The notes under the pieces were generated by a model. That model had not been told where the DNA came from. It ran no database searches and saw only the letters and a list, made by a program, of their open reading frames with translations. Positions 10,092-18,678 of a DNA stretch of 57,118 nucleotides are shown here, piece by piece. Origin of the DNA: Candidatus Omnitrophota bacterium (GTDB lineage Bacteria; Omnitrophota; Omnitrophia; Omnitrophales; Omnitrophaceae); the NCBI GenBank assembly GCA_029561555.1, contig JAKQXH010000080.1:1-57118 (forward strand). Reading direction: 5' to 3'. A program made the translations under genes and the position numbers. Position 1 is the stretch's first letter. Each line of letters starts with the position of its first letter.

Positions 10092-10349
10092 ATGCCCACT
10101 TATGTTTATGAAACCGTCCGGACGGACGGGAAACCCGGCCGGCGGTTTGAAATCAGGCAAAAGATAACCGAACCGCCGCTCAAAAAAGACCCCAAAACGG
10201 GGCGCCCCCTGCGGCGGGTTATCGTGCCTTTCGCGTTCCTGAATAACCGTTTTGATAAAACCGTAAGGTTCTTCGAAAAAAAAGACCGGCGGGAAGCCGG
10301 AATCAAAAAAGAAGAAAAATCCAAAAAAAAGCGAAAGGCCCGAGCATGA
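10092..10349 (+). CDS. FmdB-like small protein (cysteine-less zinc-ribbon variant)
   Basis: MPTYVYE...RFEIRQKITEPPLKKDPKTGRPLRRVI follows the FmdB pattern, but the CxxC positions are not Cys. Confidence 0.65.
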   Translation: MPTYVYETVRTDGKPGRRFEIRQKITEPPLKKDPKTGRPLRRVIVPFAFLNNRFDKTVRFFEKKDRREAGIKKEEKSKKKRKARA

Positions 10350-11695
10350 AATCCGCCCGTGATTTCCGAAAATGGCTATGCCTCATCCTGATCCAAACGC
10401 TGATCCTGCCGGGCTGCGTCTCCTATCATCCCCACTCGTTTCAAGAAGTCCAATTCATGAGGCGGGCCCAAACCAAGGAAACCAACGGCATCCGCGTCAC
10501 GACCGCCGTCTTGACCGACAAGGAGAGCAAAAAACTTTTCGGCGTGAACATCGCTAAAAAAGGCATTCAAGCCGTCTGGCTTAAAATCGAAAACAGCCGG
10601 GAGGAGCCTTATATTTTTCTCCAGCAAAATCTGGACCCCGATTACTATTCGCCGGAAGAAGCGGCTTATATCTGTCATTATTCCACCGCGCAGCGGTTTA
10701 TCGAGTTGGGGGTGGTCGCGATCGTTTTCTTCCCGGTTCTATTTGCGGCGCCGGTTACGTATTTCAGCGCGCGGTATTCGAATAAAAAAATGGACTCGGA
10801 TTTCGAAGAAAAAGGGCTGCACAACAATATCGTGATGCCCAAAAGCACGTTCCAGGGATTCGTGTTCACGCCCCTGGATGAAGGGACTAAAGAAGTGAAA
10901 ATCGCCCTTCACGGAGACGAGGGGGATGAAATATTCAATTTCTTTTTTAAAGTCCCTGGCATCCGCGCGGACTATCGCAAGCGGAAGTTTGACGCGCTTT
11001 ATCCCGAGAACGAAATCCGGGAATGCAGCGAAGCGGAACTGCAAAGCGAGCTTCTGAAAATCGCGGCGACGACCACCAACAAGAAAGGAACCGCCCGCGG
11101 CGACCCTTTAAACCTGGTTATCATCGGAGAATTAAACGATATTCTGAACGCGTTTGCTTCCGCGCGCTGGAGCGAAACCGAATCGCTCGGATTCAAATCC
11201 TCCTACAAAACGGCCAAGGCTTTTCTCTTCGGTAAAACCTACCGGTATTCCCCCGTCAGCCCTCTTTATTACGACGGCCGGAGCCAGGACATCGCCCTGC
11301 AAAAGCCCCGTAAGAAAATCGATCAGCGCCTCCATCTCCGCCTCTGGTTTTCCCCGCTCCGCGTCAATTCAAAACCCGTCTGGATCGGGGCCATCAGCCG
11401 GGATATCGGGGTCCGCTTCACGCTGAAAACCTGGAACCTGACGACTCACAAAATCGATCCGTACGTCGACGACGCGCGCGATTATGTCATTCAGGACCTT
11501 GCCAGCGTGGAGAAAGTCGTCCATTACGGATTCGCGGGAGGCGTCGGAGTTTCAACGAAAGAAAAACCCGGGAAAAACCTGACCGGAGACCCTTATATCA
11601 CGGACGGCTACCGGATGGTCATCGAGGTCTCCGAGCACCGTTCTCCGCTTACTTCTTTTAACTGGAAGTTTCCCGATTTTGAAAAAGAAGACTAA
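10346..11695 (+). CDS. Lipoprotein with LssY-like C-terminal domain
   Basis: Lipobox LPGC; C-terminal GDPLNLVIIG, LYYDGRSQDIALQK, RLHLRLW, WIGAISRDIG, THKIDPYVDDARDY. Confidence 0.75.
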   Translation: MKSARDFRKWLCLILIQTLILPGCVSYHPHSFQEVQFMRRAQTKETNGIRVTTAVLTDKESKKLFGVNIAKKGIQAVWLKIENSREEPYIFLQQNLDPDYYSPEEAAYICHYSTAQRFIELGVVAIVFFPVLFAAPVTYFSARYSNKKMDSDFEEKGLHNNIVMPKSTFQGFVFTPLDEGTKEVKIALHGDEGDEIFNFFFKVPGIRADYRKRKFDALYPENEIRECSEAELQSELLKIAATTTNKKGTARGDPLNLVIIGELNDILNAFASARWSETESLGFKSSYKTAKAFLFGKTYRYSPVSPLYYDGRSQDIALQKPRKKIDQRLHLRLWFSPLRVNSKPVWIGAISRDIGVRFTLKTWNLTTHKIDPYVDDARDYVIQDLASVEKVVHYGFAGGVGVSTKEKPGKNLTGDPYITDGYRMVIEVSEHRSPLTSFNWKFPDFEKED

Positions 11696-11708
11696 ACTCA
11701 AGAATTTC

Positions 11709-13505
11709 TCAACGTTTCCCCCGAAACGAGTGCCCGCATAAAACAACCTGAAGATCGCGCCGGTTCAAGCGGCTCAATGCCTCCAAAACCCATTTCCGGT
11801 TTTTCTCCTGCCGGGGCTGTAACAACGCCCGCTGCATCTGCCGTTCCGCGTAACTTTTGGCCGCGTAAACCTTCTCTCCCGTGAACGGGTTTCGCCCCGT
11901 GTGATACATGCAGGCCGAAGCCGTCATCGGCAGGGGGATAAAATCCTGAACCTGCTCGGGCCGGGCATGCCGCTTTGCCATACACAGCGCAAGATCCAAC
12001 GCCTCGTTCAATCCGGCGCCGGGATGCGCGCTGATCAAGTAGTTGACCAGGTATTGTTCTTTCCCTAAAGCCTTGTTCATTTCCTTGAACCGCCGCACGA
12101 ATTTCTCATAAGCGGAAAAAGGCGTTTTATTCATCTGCTCCAAAACCGAAGGCACGCAATGTTCGGGCGCCACTTTCAGGCGTCCGCTGACATGCTTTTC
12201 ACAAAGCGCTTTCAGATACGCGTCGGAATATTTCTCGATCAAAAGGTCGTAACGAAGGCCGCTGGACACAAATAAATGTTTCACGCCCGGAACGGCCAGG
12301 ACTTCTTCCCACAGCGCAATGGCCTCGTCGTAACCCAATCTGAGGTTCGCGCATTTCCCGGGCATCAGGCATTGCCTGTCCCGGCAGGCACCGCCGGCGG
12401 CCCATTTTTCACAGGAAGCCGCGTACAAATTGGCGGTAGGACCGCCGATATCCGTGATCGTCCCCCTGAAATCTTCGCGCGCCGCGAGAAGCCGGACCTC
12501 CCGCAAAATGGATTTCCGGCTGCGGCTCTGAATCATTCTCCCCTGATGCGAATACAGCGAACAAAAACTGCATTCCGCGGAGCATCCCCGGTGCGAGACG
12601 ACGGAAAATTTTACCGTTTCGAATCCCGGGACGCCTCCCGCCCGGTCATACGCCGGATGCCATGCCCGCAAATACGGCAGCTCATAAATCCGGTCCATTT
12701 CCGATTCGGCCAGAGGAAGAGGCGGCGGGAGCTGGATCACAAAGCGGTCGCCGTGTTTTTGAATCACCGTCCTTCCGCGGAACGGATCGGCTTCCCGGTA
12801 GGCGGCCGTAAACGCCTCGTTGAATTTCCCGGAATCAGCCTTTGTCTCGTCGAAAGAAGGAATCGTAACGGCATTTTCAAATCCGTCCGTTCCGCTCCGC
12901 GCAACGACCGTTCCCCGGATGTCATTCAGTTCGTTAATTTTTTCGCCGCAGCGCAGGCGGACCGCAATCTCCGTGACGGGTTTTTCGCCCATCCCGTAAA
13001 CCAGGATGTCCGCCTTTGCGTCCAGCAAAACGGACCTCCGGACGGCATCGTCCCAATAGCAGTAATGCGCGAGCCGTCTCAGGCTTGCTTCGATCCCGCC
13101 CAGGACAAGCGGGACGCCGGGAAACAGTTCCCGAAGGCGGTTGGCATAGACAATCACCGCACGATTCGGCCTCAGGCCGGCCTTTCCGCCCGGAGAATAT
13201 TCGTCTTCCCGCCTCGGCTTCTTGCTTGCCGTGTAATTCGCAAGCATGGAATCGAGATTCCCGGCCGTTATGCCGAAAAAAAGACGGGGCCTGCCGAATT
13301 CTAGAAAATCGTCCGGCTTCCGCCAGTCCGGTTGGGCGATGATTCCGACTTTAAAGCCGGAATCCTCAAGCATTCTCCCGATCACCGCCGTCCCATAAGA
13401 CGGGTGATCCACATAGGCGTCTCCGGAAACCAAAATGACGTCCGGTTCTTTCCATCCCCGGATGCGGAAGTCCTGTTTTGAAACCGGCAAAAAAAGATTT
13501 TTCAT
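11709..13505 (-). CDS. ygiQ: YgiQ/UPF0313 family radical SAM protein
   Basis: DVILVSGDAYVDHPSYG N-terminus, HRGCSAECSFC (CxxxCxxC), DIGGPTANLY, LKVAPEH, QVQDFIPLPMT. Confidence 0.92.
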   Translation of the reverse strand: MKNLFLPVSKQDFRIRGWKEPDVILVSGDAYVDHPSYGTAVIGRMLEDSGFKVGIIAQPDWRKPDDFLEFGRPRLFFGITAGNLDSMLANYTASKKPRREDEYSPGGKAGLRPNRAVIVYANRLRELFPGVPLVLGGIEASLRRLAHYCYWDDAVRRSVLLDAKADILVYGMGEKPVTEIAVRLRCGEKINELNDIRGTVVARSGTDGFENAVTIPSFDETKADSGKFNEAFTAAYREADPFRGRTVIQKHGDRFVIQLPPPLPLAESEMDRIYELPYLRAWHPAYDRAGGVPGFETVKFSVVSHRGCSAECSFCSLYSHQGRMIQSRSRKSILREVRLLAAREDFRGTITDIGGPTANLYAASCEKWAAGGACRDRQCLMPGKCANLRLGYDEAIALWEEVLAVPGVKHLFVSSGLRYDLLIEKYSDAYLKALCEKHVSGRLKVAPEHCVPSVLEQMNKTPFSAYEKFVRRFKEMNKALGKEQYLVNYLISAHPGAGLNEALDLALCMAKRHARPEQVQDFIPLPMTASACMYHTGRNPFTGEKVYAAKSYAERQMQRALLQPRQEKNRKWVLEALSRLNRRDLQVVLCGHSFRGKR

Positions 13506-13595
13506 TTTGAAATCGGATATTTATTGAAGATTAACGGCATGGCGGCGAAAAACTAGCGCGAAGGGAACCGGACAAGCAAAAATCCGTCTTTTACC

Positions 13596-14141
13596 CTAAT
13601 ATCCCGCTTCCATTTCGCGGATTTGATTTTCGATCTTTCGCCTCTGTCTTTCCGCGGCGGCCTTTGCGGCTTGGGCGGCCGCCAACGCGGATGAATCAAC
13701 GGAGGTCAGGGTATTCCCGGGAGAAAGCGCCGTCAAAGGCTTTTGCGACAAAGCCGGCCCGGGCGATTTTCGGGCATTCCCGATGAAAATATTTTTTTCG
13801 GGATGATAGCTCACCAAAGGTTCGCGGGTCCTTCCGTAGGACTTCAAGGCCTTTCCGGACGCATCGATTTCCTGAGCAGTGGCCTTTGCGATATTTTTGA
13901 TCTCCCGTTTCGAAAACGTCATCATCCCTTCCGGGAGTTTGATTTGAATCGAATCGCCGGTTTGACTTAAAATTTCCCCCGTGAAAACCGCGCCGGAAGT
14001 GAGTTCGACTTTCCGGTACTCCTTTTCCTCTCCCTTGAGGGCGCGCAGCAGCACGTCGGGATGAAATCGGACCCCCGCCGCCCAGGCCGCAAGGCCGGCC
14101 AACGCGGTCCAAAGCAGCAATCGCGATAAAATTCTCCCCAT
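13596..14141 (-). CDS. Hypothetical membrane-anchored protein
   Basis: N-terminal hydrophobic helix, then a small beta domain (VELTSGAVFTGEI...FSKREIKNI) and a C-terminal coiled coil. Start set at ATG 14141, just downstream of the deaminase stop. Confidence 0.6.
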   Translation of the reverse strand: MGRILSRLLLWTALAGLAAWAAGVRFHPDVLLRALKGEEKEYRKVELTSGAVFTGEILSQTGDSIQIKLPEGMMTFSKREIKNIAKATAQEIDASGKALKSYGRTREPLVSYHPEKNIFIGNARKSPGPALSQKPLTALSPGNTLTSVDSSALAAAQAAKAAAERQRRKIENQIREMEAGY

Positions 14142-14154
14142 GTTCTGATCCTCC

Positions 14155-14715
14155 TCAAAGTTCCCGGAACTTTTTGTCGAGCGCCCGGGCCGTATAGGCA
14201 AACGTTTCGCGCGCAAGTCCGCGAAGGACGGGAGAACACCGGGCCGTCCGGTAAATTCTCCCCTTCGCAAACTGCCGGAAAACAATCGGAAGTTTTTTCA
14301 TGTGCCGGACCATCCCCCCGGTCGGATCCTCCGCAAGATAATAAACTTTTTTCACGCCGGTATAAATAATGCGGGTCAGGCACATCGGACACGGTTCAAG
14401 GCTTGAATACAAAATAAAATCCCGCATCCGGGGCGCCGGGGTTTTGACGTGAGTTTCATACCGCGTGAGCACGTTCATCTCGGCATGCTGGTCCGTCCGG
14501 GAATAAGGATGAACCATGTGATTATGCCCGCGTTGAATGATTCTGCCGTTGGGGCCGATAAGACAAGCGCCGACGCCGTAATTCCCCTGCCGGGCGGCGG
14601 CCAACGCTTCCTTCACCGTAATCCAGCCGAACGAGTCGTCCGGGAATCCCGGATCCGGCCTGAAAGAATAAATTTTCTTCTCAAGCTCGCGCAGGGAGAT
14701 TCTTTTAATCGTCAC
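14155..14715 (-). CDS. Cytidine/adenosine deaminase family protein (TadA-like fold)
   Basis: HAE and LYSSLEPCPMC zinc motifs; GVGACLI and RGHN. Confidence 0.88.
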   Translation of the reverse strand: MTIKRISLRELEKKIYSFRPDPGFPDDSFGWITVKEALAAARQGNYGVGACLIGPNGRIIQRGHNHMVHPYSRTDQHAEMNVLTRYETHVKTPAPRMRDFILYSSLEPCPMCLTRIIYTGVKKVYYLAEDPTGGMVRHMKKLPIVFRQFAKGRIYRTARCSPVLRGLARETFAYTARALDKKFREL

Positions 14716-15457
14716 GGCTTTCTTTCTTCGTCAGAAATTGTTTCAGGTCACGGACCTCGGGGCCTTTCAGGAAACGCCCCATCCCCAATTCCAGGTCCCC
14801 CAGCTTCAAGGGCCCGAAGGAAACGCGGCAGAGTGAAATAACTTTATATCCCGTTGCCGAGAAAATTCTCCTCACTTCCCTTTTCTTCCCCTCCCGGATC
14901 ATGACCCTCAAAACCCGTTGGGATATTTTGTGAAATTCCTGAATTTTGACAAATCCTTCGGGCAGGTGAACCCCGCCGAGCAGGCGTTTGCCGTCCCGGG
15001 GATCAAACGCGCGGTTCAGTTTCGCGACATACCATTTTTCGGCTCCGTAGCGGGGATGCGTCAGAGCGTTGGCAAGATCCCCGTCATTCGTGAAAAGCAG
15101 GAGCCCCGTTGAATCTTTATCCAGCCGCCCGACCGGAAAAACCCTCGTCCGGTTCGATCCGGGCTGGGATGCTTTGTGCGTCAAGGCTCTCGGCAGGAGG
15201 TCGTATACCGTCCTCTTGGCGTGCGGGTCCGCCGCCGTGGTCACGTACCCTTTCGGCTTGTTCAAAACAAAATACACGCGCTCGTCGAAAACAACGGGTT
15301 CGCCCCGGAAAAAAACGACGTCCGTTTCGGGATCAACCTGACGGCCGAGATCGTAGACGGTCTCTCCGTTCACTTTGACATAACCGCTCTGGACATACGT
15401 TTCGCATTTTCGCCTCGAGTCAATGCCCGCCAAGGCCAACGCGCGTGAAATTCTCAT
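14705..15457 (-). CDS. rRNA pseudouridine synthase, RsuA/RluB family, with S4 domain
   Basis: SRRKCE...VKVNG S4 domain, LNKPKGYVTT, PVGRLDKDSTGLLLFTNDG (catalytic Asp), EGKKREVRR. Confidence 0.93.
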   Translation of the reverse strand: MRISRALALAGIDSRRKCETYVQSGYVKVNGETVYDLGRQVDPETDVVFFRGEPVVFDERVYFVLNKPKGYVTTAADPHAKRTVYDLLPRALTHKASQPGSNRTRVFPVGRLDKDSTGLLLFTNDGDLANALTHPRYGAEKWYVAKLNRAFDPRDGKRLLGGVHLPEGFVKIQEFHKISQRVLRVMIREGKKREVRRIFSATGYKVISLCRVSFGPLKLGDLELGMGRFLKGPEVRDLKQFLTKKESRDD

Positions 15458-15481
15458 GGTCTCGCCCAAACGCAGCACTCC

Positions 15482-16462
15482 TCAGGATGGAATCAAAACG
15501 ACTTTCAGGGACTCTTTCGCTCCGGCCACCAGATTAAACCCTTTCTGGATGTCCTCCAGCGGAAGCGTGTGAGTAATGAGATCTTTAACCGGGATCGATC
15601 CGTCGCGAATCAGATTCAGCGCCTCTTCCAGGTCCGCAGGGGCCGCACCGTAAGAAGACGTAACGGTGATTTCGTTCCGCCAAACGTCCGCCGTCGGAAT
15701 CTCGATATTTCTATCCGGAATCGCAAACAGTAGAATCGTTCCCTTCCGTTTGACGCAGCGAAAAGCCTGCCCGACCGCGCTAAGCGCTCCGGTGCAAAGA
15801 ATCACGTGATTTGCGCCAAAATCCAGCGGCGAGGAAGCGTGAATCGCCTCATCGGCCCCGCAAGCTTTTGCTTTCTTCAAACGGTATTCGTCGACATCCG
15901 TGGCGATCACTCCGGCTCCGAGCTTTTTCGCCATCCGGATATTCAGGAGCCCCGACACTCCGCTTCCCAAAATCAGGACCGTCTGCCCCTTTTTCACACC
16001 GATCAGGCGCTGGCCCCGTACCACGCAAGCCAGCGGTTCAATCATGGTCCCTTCTTCGTAGGAAACTTCGTCCGGCAAAAGATACGTTCCCCGCTCGACA
16101 TTGATCGCGGGAACGCGCACGAATTCGCTGTAGCCGCCCGGATCGTAATTCCCGCCGTGAAGCGTTTCGCAGGCGGTATGATTCCCTTCCAGACAGAATT
16201 CGCATTGATTGCAGGGGACATGATGACTCACAAACACCCGCTGGCCGGGCTTGAAACCGGGGGACCGGGATTCGGCGATATCGCCCGCAATTTCATGGCC
16301 TAAAATCCGCGGGGCCTTTTTGATACGATACCATTCCATCACGTCCGTCCCGCAAATCCCGCTGGCCCGGACCCGGACCAGGATTTCACCCTCTCGAATC
16401 TCGGGACGCGGAATTTCCTGTATCCGGATATCGCTGTTCCGGTAATAAACCGCTACTTTCAT
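15482..16462 (-). CDS. Zn-dependent alcohol/polyol dehydrogenase (MDR family)
   Basis: GICGTD, GHE, structural zinc CNQCEFC..C, GSGVSG Rossmann motif. ATGA overlap with lsrF gives a start at 16462. Confidence 0.9.
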   Translation of the reverse strand: MKVAVYYRNSDIRIQEIPRPEIREGEILVRVRASGICGTDVMEWYRIKKAPRILGHEIAGDIAESRSPGFKPGQRVFVSHHVPCNQCEFCLEGNHTACETLHGGNYDPGGYSEFVRVPAINVERGTYLLPDEVSYEEGTMIEPLACVVRGQRLIGVKKGQTVLILGSGVSGLLNIRMAKKLGAGVIATDVDEYRLKKAKACGADEAIHASSPLDFGANHVILCTGALSAVGQAFRCVKRKGTILLFAIPDRNIEIPTADVWRNEITVTSSYGAAPADLEEALNLIRDGSIPVKDLITHTLPLEDIQKGFNLVAGAKESLKVVLIPS

Positions 16463-17238
16463 GAACGGCTTTGATAGATTTTGTAAGCTTCGGCGACGGA
16501 AACGTTTTCGTGCACAATCGCCCGGACGGCCCGGATCATCCCGACCGGGTTGTCGGACTGAAACACATTGCGCCCCATGTCCACTCCGACCGCTCCCGCT
16601 TTGATGGCATTTGACGCCATCTCCAACGCGGCCTTTTCCTCGATCTTCTTCCCGCCCGCAATCACAACCGGGACTTTCCCGCAGGCTTCGACGATTTTTT
16701 CGAAATTCTCGCAGTAATACGTTTTCACCATATGCGCGCCGATTTCGACGCAAATCCGGCAGGCGAGCCCCAAATAACGGGCATCCCGGACCATTTCTTT
16801 CCCGACTGCCGTCACGGCAAGAACGGGAATGCCGTAATTTTCCCCTTCGTTTACGATCTGCGACAGATTTCCGATCGTCTCCTTTTCGTATTCCCCTCCG
16901 ACATAAACCGAACAGGTGACGGCCGACGCGTTGATCCGGACGGCGTCCTGAATCGAAGTGGTGATGATTTCGTTCGACAATTCCTTGAGGATGCTCTGTC
17001 CTCCCGACACCCGGAGCACCACCGGCTTGTCCGTTTCGGCCGGGATCCAGGTCCTCAAAGCGCCCCGAGTGATCATCAGGGCATCCGAATACGGAAGAAT
17101 CGGATTGACCATTTTCCCCAAGTTTTCAAGACCGGTCGTCGGCCCCTGAAAATAACCGTGGTCCACCGCCAGCATGAGGCAGCGGCCCGTTTTCGCGTTC
17201 AAAATTCTGGAAAATCTGTTTTTCATTCCCCAATCCAT
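16459..17238 (-). CDS. lsrF: 3-hydroxy-5-phosphonooxypentane-2,4-dione thiolase (class I aldolase fold)
   Basis: MDWGMKNR, LAVDHGYFQGPTTGLE, GAHMVKTYY, PVVIAGGKK, GVDMGRNVFQS. Confidence 0.9.
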   Translation of the reverse strand: MDWGMKNRFSRILNAKTGRCLMLAVDHGYFQGPTTGLENLGKMVNPILPYSDALMITRGALRTWIPAETDKPVVLRVSGGQSILKELSNEIITTSIQDAVRINASAVTCSVYVGGEYEKETIGNLSQIVNEGENYGIPVLAVTAVGKEMVRDARYLGLACRICVEIGAHMVKTYYCENFEKIVEACGKVPVVIAGGKKIEEKAALEMASNAIKAGAVGVDMGRNVFQSDNPVGMIRAVRAIVHENVSVAEAYKIYQSRS

Positions 17239-17295
17239 CGCTAAAAACCTCCGTTTTAATATTTGATGTCTTCGGGCCGATTCCCGGCGCAAAAA

Positions 17296-17727
17296 TTATC
17301 CTTCCCTCAAAATTTTCAGAAGAAGCTTGAGCATGTCAATCGCCGTCACAATCCCGACCACGCGCCTCTTCCCGTCGACGATAGGAACGCATCCCAATTT
17401 CTTCTCCGCCATCAGCTCCACGGCCTTTTCGACCGTGTCTTCGGGCTGAAGCGTGATGACTTCCTGAATAATGTACTGCTCCAGAATGTATTTGGCCAGT
17501 TTGTCCATATCGTAGACGTATTCCCCCTTCTCGTTCTTCCTGGGAGAAGTGATGCGGTTAAAATCCCTCTGGGACATGACGCCCACGATTTCGTTCTGGG
17601 AATTCACGATCGGCAGATGCCGAATGCCTTTCTCCTGAAAAATCTGAGCGATTTTGAAAAAGGGTTCGTCGATATTCAGCGTCACGGGGTTGGCAATCAT
17701 CACATCTTTCAAAGGTCTGTTTTTCAT
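17296..17727 (-). CDS. CBS-pair domain protein
   Basis: Two CBS repeats (IRHLPIVN...VGVMSQRD; LGCVPIVD...VGIVTAID); AGGAG RBS 8 nt upstream of ATG 17727. Confidence 0.9.
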   Translation of the reverse strand: MKNRPLKDVMIANPVTLNIDEPFFKIAQIFQEKGIRHLPIVNSQNEIVGVMSQRDFNRITSPRKNEKGEYVYDMDKLAKYILEQYIIQEVITLQPEDTVEKAVELMAEKKLGCVPIVDGKRRVVGIVTAIDMLKLLLKILREG

Positions 17728-18023
17728 GTCCACCGCTCCTTTTCAACTTGCGCGATCAAAATCCCGTTCCAAAAATGATTCGCCGTATTTTACGCTCACT
17801 TCCATGCGAGGTCAAACCCTGCTTTTGCGCTGAAACCCGGGCCCGGCGGGATCGCGGCTTCCCGGTCCGTTAGATTGTGATTTTATTTTTAATTTGATTT
17901 CGCGCCTTTTGATGACTAAACTTGCTTTGTTTCACTTCATGTTTTTCATTGTTTTTAGCTTTCTCGCGTTTCATCCATGCAAACAAAGCTTACGCTTAAA
18001 ATCGAATGGAAGGGAGAATCCCC

Positions 18024-18593
18024 ATGCGCGTTATTCATATCTTCGGATTTTTGATCATCGGTTTTTGTCTTTTATGCCCCGCCTGCTCAAAACAGGATGA
18101 AAAAAAATCGGTTCCGGCTCAAAAATCCGCTTCTCCCGCCGCGGGAACGATACAAAAGATTTCGGACAATCCCGAATTCTTTACGGCCAAAGATCTTGCC
18201 CCTCAAGCTCCGAACGCCAAAGAATTGGACGGGCTGATTCGCCCCGCGCTGCGGAAACTTTTTGAAGACGCAAAGCTCGTTTCGGAAACGGGCCCCCAGC
18301 CGCCGCGAATGGACGGAGAGGTGGAAGAAAATAAGCTGGTCTACGTCGTGCGGCGGTTGGCGGATGCCAAAGACGGAGATGCGCTTCATGCCGCGCTTCG
18401 AGAACAGGAAGGTTTCAGCTCCTCGCCCCGTCTCGGAGCAAAGCCCGTTCATGCGCGGACTCAGGTCGGAATGTCTCTAGCCAAATCCACGGGACGCCGG
18501 GGCTATTCGCTGGTGATTACGGTCAATTTAAGCCGCCAGCGGATCGAAGTTATTTCCTATAAGCTGGGCTCAAAATACGACCGTCTGTCTTAA
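18024..18593 (+). CDS. Hypothetical lipoprotein
   Basis: Hydrophobic signal ending in PAC-S, then a low-complexity linker; GGAG RBS. Confidence 0.65.
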   Translation: MRVIHIFGFLIIGFCLLCPACSKQDEKKSVPAQKSASPAAGTIQKISDNPEFFTAKDLAPQAPNAKELDGLIRPALRKLFEDAKLVSETGPQPPRMDGEVEENKLVYVVRRLADAKDGDALHAALREQEGFSSSPRLGAKPVHARTQVGMSLAKSTGRRGYSLVITVNLSRQRIEVISYKLGSKYDRLS

Positions 18594-18603
18594 CCTTCCG
18601 GCT

Positions 18604-18633
18604 TTGACTTTCAAGATCCGGAAATAGTATAGT
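18604..18633 (+). promoter_or_regulatory. Putative sigma70 promoter of the CoA-disulfide reductase fusion gene
   Basis: TTGACT-18 nt-TATAGT, 45 nt upstream of ATG 18679. Confidence 0.6.
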
Positions 18634-18678
18634 GATCCGGCGGCACACAAAGGCTTAATTCGAAAGGGAGATTTCATC

